DNA from: Planctomycetia bacterium
GTDB lineage: Bacteria > Planctomycetota > Planctomycetia > Pirellulales > UBA1268
Assembly: GCA_009926295.1 (NCBI GenBank)
Contig: RFPF01000001.1
Location: forward strand, 1 to 47,560
Direction: 5' to 3'
DNA: 47,560 nucleotides
The notes beneath the pieces were generated by a model. That model was not told the DNA's origin, did not search any database, and saw only the letters and a list, made by a program, of their open reading frames with translations. Below, one piece after another: positions 18,900 through 27,053 of the stretch. The translations under genes and the position numbers were made by a program. Each line of letters begins with the position of its first letter. Within the stretch, counting starts at the first letter, position 1.

Positions 18900-20204
18900 A
18901 TGAGCCGAGCCGAGCAGCTGCCCCCGCCCCTCACGATCTGGATCGTCAATCCGTTCGACGACGTTCCCGGCGAGGGTCTGCCGCCGCTGCGATACTGGTC
19001 GCTCGCCCGGGTGCTCGCCGCCCGTGGCCACGACGTGACCTGGTGGAGCGCGACGTGGAGCCACCGGCGAAAGGCCGCCCGGAACGTACCGCTGGGCATC
19101 CGCGACGAAGAGAATTTCGCCGTCAGGCTCGTGGCCGTGCGGCCCTATCGGAAAAACGTGTCCTTGGCCCGGATCGGCAGCCACCGGGACTTCGGACGCT
19201 CCTTCGAGCGGCTGGCCGCGGAGGGCGTGGCCTCGGGCCAACTCGAGCGGCCCGACGTGATCCTCGCCAGCCTGCCGCCTCTCGAGGGGCCGGAGGCGGC
19301 GGCACGGCTCGCGAAGCGGCTCGACGCGGTATTCGTGTGTGACATCATGGACGCCTGGCCGGAAACGTTCGCGCGGCTGATCCCGGGCCCCGCGTGGTTT
19401 CAACGACTCGTCGCGCCGCTCGTACTCGGTGGGATGGCCACCCGACGCGACGCGGTGCTGACCGCCGCCGAGGCCGTCTCCACCGCGTCCGAGAGCTACC
19501 TCGACATCGTCCCGCGGCGTCACGAGACCGCCGCGGATTCTGCGCCCGTCCCCACGCATGTCTGCCACCTCGGGGCCTACGTGGCCGAGTATCCCGAGCC
19601 GCCGCGGCTCTCGCCCGCCCAGATCGACGCGTCGCTCGCGCCGGAGCCGGCACAACCGCTGAAGTGCGTCTATGGCGGTTCGCTGGAGGCCGGGCAGGAC
19701 CTCGATACCCTCGTCACCGCGGCCCGGCTTCTCGCATCCTCCGGAACGGCCGCGGAGATTCACGTGGCCGGTGGCGGTTCGCTCCTCGATCGCCTCCGCA
19801 ACGCGGCCACCTCGCTCGGCGGTTCGTGCCGGCTCGTCGTGCACGGCCTGTTGGCCCGGGGCGACTACGTGAGGCTGCTCGCGGCGTGCGACGTGGGCCT
19901 CGTGCTCGTGAAGCCGGAGTCGCGCGTGGCCGTCCCGTACAAGGCCTGCGACTATGCGGCCGCCGGCCTCGCCATCGTGAACTCGCTGCCGGGGGAACTC
20001 GAGCGACTCGTGGCCACACATGCCGCGGGCCTGACCTACGCCGCCGGCGACCCGGCATCGCTCGCGAGGGCGATCGCTTCGTTCGCGTCCGACCGCCATC
20101 TGCTCCAGGGTTGCCGCCAGGGCAGCCGCCGGCTGGCGGCCGCAGCCTTCGACCGCGAGAAGACGTATCTGCTGTTCGCCAGGTGGCTGGAGTCCCTGGC
20201 GTGA
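18900..20204 (+). CDS. glycosyltransferase family 4
   Basis: LTIWIVNPFDDVPGEGLPPLRYWSLARVLAARGHDVTWWS (GT4 N-domain). C-terminal VGLVLVKPESRVAVPYKACDYAAAGLAIVNS. Confidence 0.75.
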   Translation: MSRAEQLPPPLTIWIVNPFDDVPGEGLPPLRYWSLARVLAARGHDVTWWSATWSHRRKAARNVPLGIRDEENFAVRLVAVRPYRKNVSLARIGSHRDFGRSFERLAAEGVASGQLERPDVILASLPPLEGPEAAARLAKRLDAVFVCDIMDAWPETFARLIPGPAWFQRLVAPLVLGGMATRRDAVLTAAEAVSTASESYLDIVPRRHETAADSAPVPTHVCHLGAYVAEYPEPPRLSPAQIDASLAPEPAQPLKCVYGGSLEAGQDLDTLVTAARLLASSGTAAEIHVAGGGSLLDRLRNAATSLGGSCRLVVHGLLARGDYVRLLAACDVGLVLVKPESRVAVPYKACDYAAAGLAIVNSLPGELERLVATHAAGLTYAAGDPASLARAIASFASDRHLLQGCRQGSRRLAAAAFDREKTYLLFARWLESLA

Positions 20205-20295
20205 GGCCCGCGGACTCTCCGCCCCGGTCGTGGGCGGATGATTTGCCGTTGTGGCCGCCGTCGACAGGCTTCATCATGACCGGTCTCTGGACCGT

Positions 20296-21933
20296 ATGGC
20301 AGACACTGCAGGGAATCATGGCGGCACGGTGATCCGGCCGTGGGCGCGGCTCGTGGAACTCTTGCGCCTCGAGCGGCGCGACGTGCTCACGATCCTCGCC
20401 TTCGCACTCGGCGTCGGCTTGCTCTCGATCGTCACGCCGGCGGCCATCGAGGCGCTCGTCAACACCGTGGCGTTCGGCGTGCTGCTCTGGCCGGTGGTAG
20501 TGCTGTCTCTCGTCATGCTCGCGTTCCTCGTCTTCTCGGCCGTCCTGCGGGCGATGCAGACGGCTGTGGCCGAGTACATGCAGCGCAGGATCTTCGCCCG
20601 CGCGGCCAACGCCTTCGCGACCCGATTCGCCCGGGCGGAGATCGAATCGTTCGACGGTCTCAATCCCACCGACGTCGTCAACCGGTTCTTCGAGGTGGCG
20701 ACGGTGCAGAAGTCGATCACGTCGCTGCTCGTGGACGGCGTGGCGATCGCGATGACGACGATCGTCGGCCTCGTCGTGCTCGCCTTCTACCACCCCTACC
20801 TGCTGACCTTCGCTTTCGTGATGGTGGGGATGGTGGCATTCCTCGTGCTCGGGCTCGGGATCGGGGGCGTGCGGACGAGCATCCGAGAAAGCTATGCGAA
20901 GTTCGACGTGGCCGCGTGGCTGGAGGAGATCGCGAAGTGCCCGCACACCTTCCGCTTCGGCAAGGGGGGCAGCCTCGCGCTGGAGCGGGCCGGCGCGCTC
21001 ACGGCCGCCTACGTGGACGCCCGCCGCGCCCACTTCCGCGTCGTCTGGCGGCAGACGCTCTTCGCCCTGCTGCTCGAGGCGATCGCCAGCACCGTGCTCC
21101 TCGGCCTCGGCGGCTGGCTCGTGATCAACCGCCAGCTCAACCTCGGCCAGCTCGTGGCCGGCGAGCTGATCGTGACGCTCGTGCTCACGGCACTCTCGAA
21201 GCTCGGCAAGTACGTCGAGATCTTCTACGACCTCCAGGCCTCGCTCGACAAGCTGGGCGTGATCTCCACGCTCACCCTCGAGCCCGAGGGGGGCGAGCAC
21301 CTGCCGCCACGCGATACGCCGATGCAGGTGGTCGCCGAGATCGGCCAGAGCGGCGGCCCCCCGCGCCGGCTGGTTGCCCGCCCCGGCGAACGCGTGGCCG
21401 TGATCGGCCCCTCGGGATCGGGCAAGACGTTCCTTCTCGAGACGCTCGCGCTGCTCCGCCTTCCACACGAAGGCCTGCTCGAATTCGACGGCATCGACGC
21501 CCGCTCGCTCGACCGCGCCTCCACGCGGCTGCGGATCGCGCTCGTGGGCCAGGCCGAGACCTTCGCCGGCACCGTGGCGGAAAACATCCGCGTGGGCCGG
21601 AGCGAACTCTCGGCCCTCGACGTGCAGAAGTCGCTCGACATGGTGGGACTCGACGACACCGTGGCCCGCCTGCCTCAGGGTGCCGCCACGGCGCTGGCCT
21701 CCGATGGCCTGCCGCTTTCCACGAATGAGCTCCTGCGGCTCTCGATCGCCCGGGCGATCGCCGGCCGGCCGCGGCTCTTGCTCATCGACGGGCTGCTCGA
21801 CGGGCTCGACATCCACGAATGCCCACAGCTCCTCGAGGCGCTCTTCGAACGCTCGGCCCCGTGGACGCTCGTCGTCGTGACCGCTCGCGACGACATCCGC
21901 AACCGCTGTGACAAGACGGTGGAATGGCCATGA
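20296..21933 (+). CDS. ABC exporter, fused TMD-NBD half-transporter (HlyB-like, no peptidase domain) with degenerate ATPase motifs
   Basis: Six predicted TM helices of the ABC_membrane type. Walker A GPSGSGKT (21406-21429). The signature is LSTNE (21715-21729), Walker B is LLLIDG, and the H-loop position reads VTAR. An alternative GTG start lies at 20251. Confidence 0.8.
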   Translation: MADTAGNHGGTVIRPWARLVELLRLERRDVLTILAFALGVGLLSIVTPAAIEALVNTVAFGVLLWPVVVLSLVMLAFLVFSAVLRAMQTAVAEYMQRRIFARAANAFATRFARAEIESFDGLNPTDVVNRFFEVATVQKSITSLLVDGVAIAMTTIVGLVVLAFYHPYLLTFAFVMVGMVAFLVLGLGIGGVRTSIRESYAKFDVAAWLEEIAKCPHTFRFGKGGSLALERAGALTAAYVDARRAHFRVVWRQTLFALLLEAIASTVLLGLGGWLVINRQLNLGQLVAGELIVTLVLTALSKLGKYVEIFYDLQASLDKLGVISTLTLEPEGGEHLPPRDTPMQVVAEIGQSGGPPRRLVARPGERVAVIGPSGSGKTFLLETLALLRLPHEGLLEFDGIDARSLDRASTRLRIALVGQAETFAGTVAENIRVGRSELSALDVQKSLDMVGLDDTVARLPQGAATALASDGLPLSTNELLRLSIARAIAGRPRLLLIDGLLDGLDIHECPQLLEALFERSAPWTLVVVTARDDIRNRCDKTVEWP

Positions 21934-23297
21934 GTCAGACAGCCTCGTTCGACGACGTGCTGCGGGGATCGGCCACGCCACGGATGGTGCGCTGGCTGGC
22001 CCGCCTCGTGATCCTGCTTTTCCTGGCCACCCCATTCCTCCTCGCCTTCGTGCCTTGGCAGCAGACCGTGCAGGGCCGGGGGCAGGTCGTCGCATATTCC
22101 CCAGTCGAGCGGATGCAGGTGCTCACGGCGCGGGTTTCCGGTCAGGTGCGAAAGTGGCACGTGGTCGAGGGAAGCCGCGTGAAGATGAACGATCCCGTTG
22201 TCGATATCGAAGACAATGACCCTGAACTTGCCGCAAGGCTGGCGGCCCAACGGGAGTTTCTCGTCGGGCGTCTGGCCGCGGCCAGGCAGGAGGTGGAGGA
22301 GCAGGCCGCCGCGGCCAGGGCACAGGAATCTGCCCGCGACGCGGCGGTGAGGGCGGCGGAGGCGAATCGCGATGCGGCACGCAAGTCGATCGAGGTGGCG
22401 AAACAGGCCGGCGCCAACGCGCAGTTCGCGCAGACCTTCGAGAAGAATCGCTACGAGATGTTCGAGGACCTGTTCACGAACCCCACATTCGGCGGCCTCG
22501 AGAGCAAGCTCAATCGTGACGAGGCCCGGATGCGGGCCGATCGCGCCACCACCGACACCGAGAAGGCCTCCGCCGAAATCCAGCGGGCCGAGGCGGCCCT
22601 GCTCACGCAGGAGGCGCTCCTCGTGCAGGCCGACGCGGCCGGACTCTCGGCGATCGCGGTGGCTCGCTCCAACCTGCGCAAGAGCGAGCAGAACCTGTTT
22701 TCCATCGAACGCGAACTGCAGGAGATCGACAACCGCATCGAACGGTTCAAGGCCCGGATCATCCTGGCGCCCTGCGATGGGACCGTGTTTCGCGTCGAGG
22801 CGAACGTCGGACAGGGTGGACAGTACGTAAAGGAAGGCGACGAGCTTTGCACGATCGTGCCCGACACGAACGACCGGGTGGTCGAGCTCTTCCTCGATGG
22901 GCTCGATGCGCCCCTCGTGCGCGGCTACGCCGAACGCACCGGCGAGATGCCGCACGTCCGACTGCAGTTCGAGGGCTGGCCGGCGATCCAGTTTTCAGCC
23001 TTTCCCGAGCTCGCGATCGGCACGTTCGGCGGCAGGGTGCGGCAGATCGACGCCGCAGCCAGCGGCACGAGCGGGAAATTCCGCCTGCTCATCGAGCCGG
23101 ACGAAATGCGGCCGGGCGAGAAGTGGCCCGATCCGGAGTTCCTCCGGCAGGGCAACCAGGCGATCGGCTGGGTGTTTTTGAACCGCGTGCCGCTGGGCTA
23201 CGAGATCTGGCGCCGACTCAACGGCTTCCCGCCGGTGCTGTCGCCGATCACGAAGGACAAGGACGCCCCCAAGCCGCCCAAGATCAAGGTCCGGTAA
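21924..23297 (+). CDS. HlyD-family membrane fusion / periplasmic adaptor protein
   Basis: Start overlaps the ABC stop. N-terminal TM RWLARLVILLFLATPFLLAF. Lipoyl-like VTARVSGQVRKWHVVEGSRVKMNDPVVDIED. A long Ala/Glu/Arg coiled coil, then ILAPCDGTVFRVEANVGQ. Confidence 0.85.
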   Translation: MAMSQTASFDDVLRGSATPRMVRWLARLVILLFLATPFLLAFVPWQQTVQGRGQVVAYSPVERMQVLTARVSGQVRKWHVVEGSRVKMNDPVVDIEDNDPELAARLAAQREFLVGRLAAARQEVEEQAAAARAQESARDAAVRAAEANRDAARKSIEVAKQAGANAQFAQTFEKNRYEMFEDLFTNPTFGGLESKLNRDEARMRADRATTDTEKASAEIQRAEAALLTQEALLVQADAAGLSAIAVARSNLRKSEQNLFSIERELQEIDNRIERFKARIILAPCDGTVFRVEANVGQGGQYVKEGDELCTIVPDTNDRVVELFLDGLDAPLVRGYAERTGEMPHVRLQFEGWPAIQFSAFPELAIGTFGGRVRQIDAAASGTSGKFRLLIEPDEMRPGEKWPDPEFLRQGNQAIGWVFLNRVPLGYEIWRRLNGFPPVLSPITKDKDAPKPPKIKVR

Positions 23298-23347
23298 GAC
23301 GCGGAGCCCCGGCATCCAGCCCCGCTCCGCCGCAGCCCGGCGAAGGT

Positions 23348-25141
23348 GTGGCCGAGGTCCGCCGTGCCGGGCGCTGGCTCGGCCTCGTAACGAGCCTCGC
23401 GGCTGCGTTCCTGACCATCCTGCCCGGGATGCGAACCAGCGCGGGGGAACCTGCCCTCTTTCGCCCCGCCCCGAGCCTGAGTGCGCTGGAGACGGATGCG
23501 GCTCCCCACGAGCCCCCGGCGAGCATCGTCCGGCAGTCGTTCCGGCAGCTCGCGCCGGCTGAACCGCTCCCCGCCCCCGAAGCGAGGACCGGCAGGGACG
23601 AGGGGCTCACGGCCGACGACCTCGTCGAGCGGCTGCCGGACATCCCCGAGGACGAGGCGCCGCGGCCTTTCGAGGAACTTCCCAAGGTGCCCGGCGGGGT
23701 GAAGCTCGTCGTGCCGACGGAGGCGCCGATCCCCGGAGCCGACATCGACGACCGCGACGCGCCGCTCACGCTCTGCGAGGTTCTGCAGAGCGTCATGCTG
23801 CATTATCCGCTGCTGCAGGCGGTCGAGCGCGAACGCGCCATCGCCGCCGGCAAGCTCACCAGCGCCATGGGCGCCTTCGACACGAACGTCACCGGTGCGG
23901 GCAACGCCCTCTCACCGGGCACGTACCAAAACTACCGCTCCGACTTCGGCATGCAGCAGCTCCTGCCGTACGGCGGCGTGAGCGTGTTCGGCGGCTACCG
24001 CACCGGCTTCGGCAGCTTCCCCACCTACAACCTCCAGCAGCTCACCGCCGACGCGGGTGAGTTTCGCGGCGGGCTCTCGATGCCGCTCGCCAAGAACCGC
24101 GACATCGATCGGGCGCGGGCCACGCGGGCCCAGGCCGAGCTCGACGTATCGCTCGCCGAGCCCGTGATCCTCCGCAGCCGCCTCGACTACATGCGGGCCG
24201 CCGCCCGCAGCTACTGGAACTGGTCGGGGAGCGGCGAGCGCCGTCTGGCCGCCGACTACCTCGTGGATCTCGCCGTCGAACGCGACGTCGAGATCGGGCT
24301 CCGCGTCGAGCGGGGCGCCGTCGCCAACATCGAGCGGCTCGACAATCAGCAGAACATCGCCCTGCGGCAGGCCGTGGTCGTGCAGGCCGACCGGGCCGTG
24401 CAGCAGGCCACGATCGACCTCTCGATGTATTACCGCGACCCGGCCGGTAGGCCGCTGCTCGCCGGCCGCAGGCGGATGCAGGCGCTGCCCGAGCCCGTCG
24501 CGCCGACGGCCGTGCTCTTCCAGCAGTCGCTCACCCGTGCCCTGGGTGCCCGGCCTGAGTTTCAAAGGCTGGCCCTGCAGCGCGAGAAACTCCTCGTCGA
24601 ACGCCGATTCGCCGAGAACCAGGCGCTTCCTGGCCTCGACGCCCAGATCGCCGGCAACCAGGACGCCGGGTTCGGCACGAGCGGCCTCTCCGGCCCCTTC
24701 GGACTCGACCGCCAGGTGCTCCAGGCTTCGCTCATCTTCCAGATGCCGGCGCAGCGACGCGACGCCCGCGGCCGCGTGGCGGCGGCACACTCCCAGATCG
24801 TGCAGATCGACCGCCAAATGCAATACGCCGAGGACCAGATCCGGGCCGAGATCCAGGACACCTACTCGGCGCTCGAGCGGGCCTTCGAGTTCCACAGGCA
24901 GGCGGCCCAGCGGCTCGACCTCTCGCGGGTCGTGGCCCGCGCCGAGCGGGAGCAACTGCGGCTCGGCCGCAGCGACGTGCTTCGCGTGACGCTCCGCGAG
25001 CAGGCGAAGTTCGACGCCGAGATCTACGAAATCGGCGCCCGCCAGGAGTTCTGGCGGGCCGAGAGCGACCTGCGGGCGGCCGACACCACGCTCGGCCCCG
25101 AGAGCTGCGGCTTCCCCGACACCATGCGGCTCTGCAGATGA
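23348..25141 (+). CDS. TolC-family outer membrane efflux protein
   Basis: GTG 23348 gives a signal-like VAEVRRAGRWLGLVTSLAAAFLTILPG, followed by a Pro/Ala-rich linker. TolC repeat features include LTLCEVLQSVMLHYPLLQAVERERAIAAGKL, two helical-repeat halves, and LRLGRSDVLRVTLRE. The upstream part of the 764-aa track ORF is shadow over hlyD. Confidence 0.8.
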   Translation: MAEVRRAGRWLGLVTSLAAAFLTILPGMRTSAGEPALFRPAPSLSALETDAAPHEPPASIVRQSFRQLAPAEPLPAPEARTGRDEGLTADDLVERLPDIPEDEAPRPFEELPKVPGGVKLVVPTEAPIPGADIDDRDAPLTLCEVLQSVMLHYPLLQAVERERAIAAGKLTSAMGAFDTNVTGAGNALSPGTYQNYRSDFGMQQLLPYGGVSVFGGYRTGFGSFPTYNLQQLTADAGEFRGGLSMPLAKNRDIDRARATRAQAELDVSLAEPVILRSRLDYMRAAARSYWNWSGSGERRLAADYLVDLAVERDVEIGLRVERGAVANIERLDNQQNIALRQAVVVQADRAVQQATIDLSMYYRDPAGRPLLAGRRRMQALPEPVAPTAVLFQQSLTRALGARPEFQRLALQREKLLVERRFAENQALPGLDAQIAGNQDAGFGTSGLSGPFGLDRQVLQASLIFQMPAQRRDARGRVAAAHSQIVQIDRQMQYAEDQIRAEIQDTYSALERAFEFHRQAAQRLDLSRVVARAEREQLRLGRSDVLRVTLREQAKFDAEIYEIGARQEFWRAESDLRAADTTLGPESCGFPDTMRLCR

Positions 25142-25147
25142 CCGGCG

Positions 25148-26146
25148 TCAGGCAGTGCGGCTGAGTTTGCGCCACGTTCGTACGAGCCGCCGCCGGATGC
25201 TCGCCACCTCGGCGGGCACCCTGTGGAGCCCGACGGCGCGGGCGGCCGAGCGACGGCGGGCCACCGGCTCGATCGGCGTCTCGAAGATCCGCGTGAACTG
25301 TCCGCGGATGGCGTCGGCCGACGCACAGGCCGGCACGCGATTGCCGCGGAGCCATGGCCGGGCCAGCAGCGACGCATGCAGGCCGGGGTCCCGATCGACC
25401 GCCACGACCCGCTCGACGAGGTCGTCGAGCGAGCGGCGCGTGAGCGGACCCTGGTCATGGAGCGAGAGAAAGCTTCCCGTGTCGAAGTCACGGCCCACGA
25501 GCGGATCGCCCCAGTAGATCGGGATCGACCCCACCGCCATCGGTTCGGCGACCTTCTCCGTCGTGTAGCCGGGGTGCGACTCGTTCTCGAAGGCGATCGT
25601 GAACTTGTAGTCGGCGAGGAAGGCCGTCTTGTCGGCGACGCGATGGCCGAGCGTGTTGAGCACCTTGCCGCCCGAATCGACCTGCTTGTAGCGGGAGAGC
25701 CGGTGGAAGAAGTCGTTGCGCAGTCGGCAGAGGGGATTCGACACGACGAAGGCGCAGAATTTCGTCTTCCGGACGAGCATGGCGGCGGGATCGTAGTCGG
25801 CCGGCTTCACGAGCGACTCCGGATCGACGGACAGCGCCCAGAGAGGCAGGCGAAAGTGCCGCGGGTGGGCGGTGTGCTCGAACGTGAACGCCCAGTCGCA
25901 CGCGTGCCAGTCGGGGGCCAGATTTTCCCCGGTGTAGAAGATCCGCACGCAGTCGTAGCGGCGAAACTCCCTGCGCCGCCGGCCGACGTAGGCGTAGACG
26001 ACGTAGTCGGGGTCGTCACAGATCTCCACGCGGTACCGCGGGGCGAGCAGCCGCGTGAAACTGTTGTCGCGGACGTTGAAACTGTCCCAGAACCCGACGA
26101 ACTTGATGCGGACGACGGGACGGCGGTCGGAAGGGCTGGTGTCCAT
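25148..26146 (-). CDS. glycosyltransferase family 10 (alpha-1,3/4-fucosyltransferase family)
   Basis: GT10 hallmark YKFTIAFENESHPGYTTEKVAEPMAVGSIPIYWGDPLVGRDFDTGSFLSL, compared with the Helicobacter FucT FENS..GY.TEK...IPIYWG motif. FCAFVVSNP block. Start ATG 26146 (MDTSPSD). Confidence 0.85.
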   Translation of the reverse strand: MDTSPSDRRPVVRIKFVGFWDSFNVRDNSFTRLLAPRYRVEICDDPDYVVYAYVGRRRREFRRYDCVRIFYTGENLAPDWHACDWAFTFEHTAHPRHFRLPLWALSVDPESLVKPADYDPAAMLVRKTKFCAFVVSNPLCRLRNDFFHRLSRYKQVDSGGKVLNTLGHRVADKTAFLADYKFTIAFENESHPGYTTEKVAEPMAVGSIPIYWGDPLVGRDFDTGSFLSLHDQGPLTRRSLDDLVERVVAVDRDPGLHASLLARPWLRGNRVPACASADAIRGQFTRIFETPIEPVARRRSAARAVGLHRVPAEVASIRRRLVRTWRKLSRTA

Positions 26147-26918
26147 GCACGCGGGGGATGGCGGGCACCGCCACGGGCTGCGGAACCGACGAGACCCGGG
26201 TCGCCGGCACCGCGACCGCCGCCGCCTGGGCGGAGCGGGCGTTGAGATCGTCGATGAGCTGCTGGACCTCCGGACGGATGCCGATGCCGCGGTTCTGGAA
26301 GACGTCGGTGGGAGTGACGCCGAACCGGCCATACAGCATCGAGTCGGCGTTGTGATCCACGGAGAGGTCGGAGCCTCCGAGAGACACGCCGAGAAACAGG
26401 CCGCGGCTGCGCGCATAGGAATAGATCTCGGCGCCGAGCCGGGCGTCGGTGCCGGCGTTGGCCTGGCGGCCGACCGGGCCTGCCGCGATCGAGGCATCGG
26501 CGCCGAGCGTCACCTTCTGGCCGTTGAGGATGCCCTCGAGGCTCCGCGGGGTGGCGAAGACGAGCACGATGTCGGCCGCCTGCACGCCGGCCTGGAAGCC
26601 GAGGCTCCCGCCCCCCATCGTCACGAGCACCGGAGCGGTCCACGTGCGGTCGGGCCTGCGTATCGCGAGCACTCCCTTCCCGTAGTTGACGCCCAGCAGG
26701 AAGCCCCCCTTGATCATGTTGGGGAAGATCGCGATCCCCTCCGCCCTCTGGAGCATGGCCGGGGGCAGCGACTCGATCTCGAGCCCGAAGAACTGGTCGA
26801 GGGCGTTCTTCGCGCCCACCACCGTTTGCACCTCCGCCTCGCCGTAGGTCATCTGCTGGGCGGGGCAGGCGCGGGCCACGAAGAGGGCCAGAACGATACC
26901 GACTGAGAACGCACGCAT
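26016..26918 (-). CDS. secreted SYLF (Ysc84/DUF500) lipid-binding domain protein
   Basis: Signal peptide MRAFSVGIVLALFVARACPAQQ. SYLF-like core AEGIAIFPNMIKGGFLLGVNYGKGVLAIR..WTAPVLVTMGGGSLGFQAGVQAADIVLVF..GADASIAAGPVGRQA..AEIYSYARSRGLFLGVSLGG. The last ~45 codons overlap the GT10 start and look non-native, so the true 3' end is uncertain. Confidence 0.7.
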   Translation of the reverse strand: MRAFSVGIVLALFVARACPAQQMTYGEAEVQTVVGAKNALDQFFGLEIESLPPAMLQRAEGIAIFPNMIKGGFLLGVNYGKGVLAIRRPDRTWTAPVLVTMGGGSLGFQAGVQAADIVLVFATPRSLEGILNGQKVTLGADASIAAGPVGRQANAGTDARLGAEIYSYARSRGLFLGVSLGGSDLSVDHNADSMLYGRFGVTPTDVFQNRGIGIRPEVQQLIDDLNARSAQAAAVAVPATRVSSVPQPVAVPAIPRVHGHQPFRPPSRRPHQVRRVLGQFQRPRQQFHAAARPAVPRGDL

Positions 26919-27053
26919 GGCGATTCCTTTCGCTGGATGGACGTTCCGAAATTCTATCCGAGCGGCCTTTTTTTCACCAAAAGTTGGAAATCCTGCGAGA
27001 CCCGAACTAGGCTCTTTGCACCAGGATCGATCTCCCCCCTTGGAACACGTTGC

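Noticed and set aside
15395-19099. Apparent giant fusion ORFs in the track: 15395..19099 (1234 aa), 15482..18841 (1119 aa), 4405..7158 (917 aa), 22847..25141 (764 aa) and 31917..34433 (838 aa).
   Set aside because: Only the downstream part of each carries a real protein signature (AsnB from MCGIAGV, the propeller, the WcaI-like GT, TolC, the ABC exporter). The upstream parts overlap other well-supported genes and read as junk. Starts were moved to internal ATG/GTG codons.
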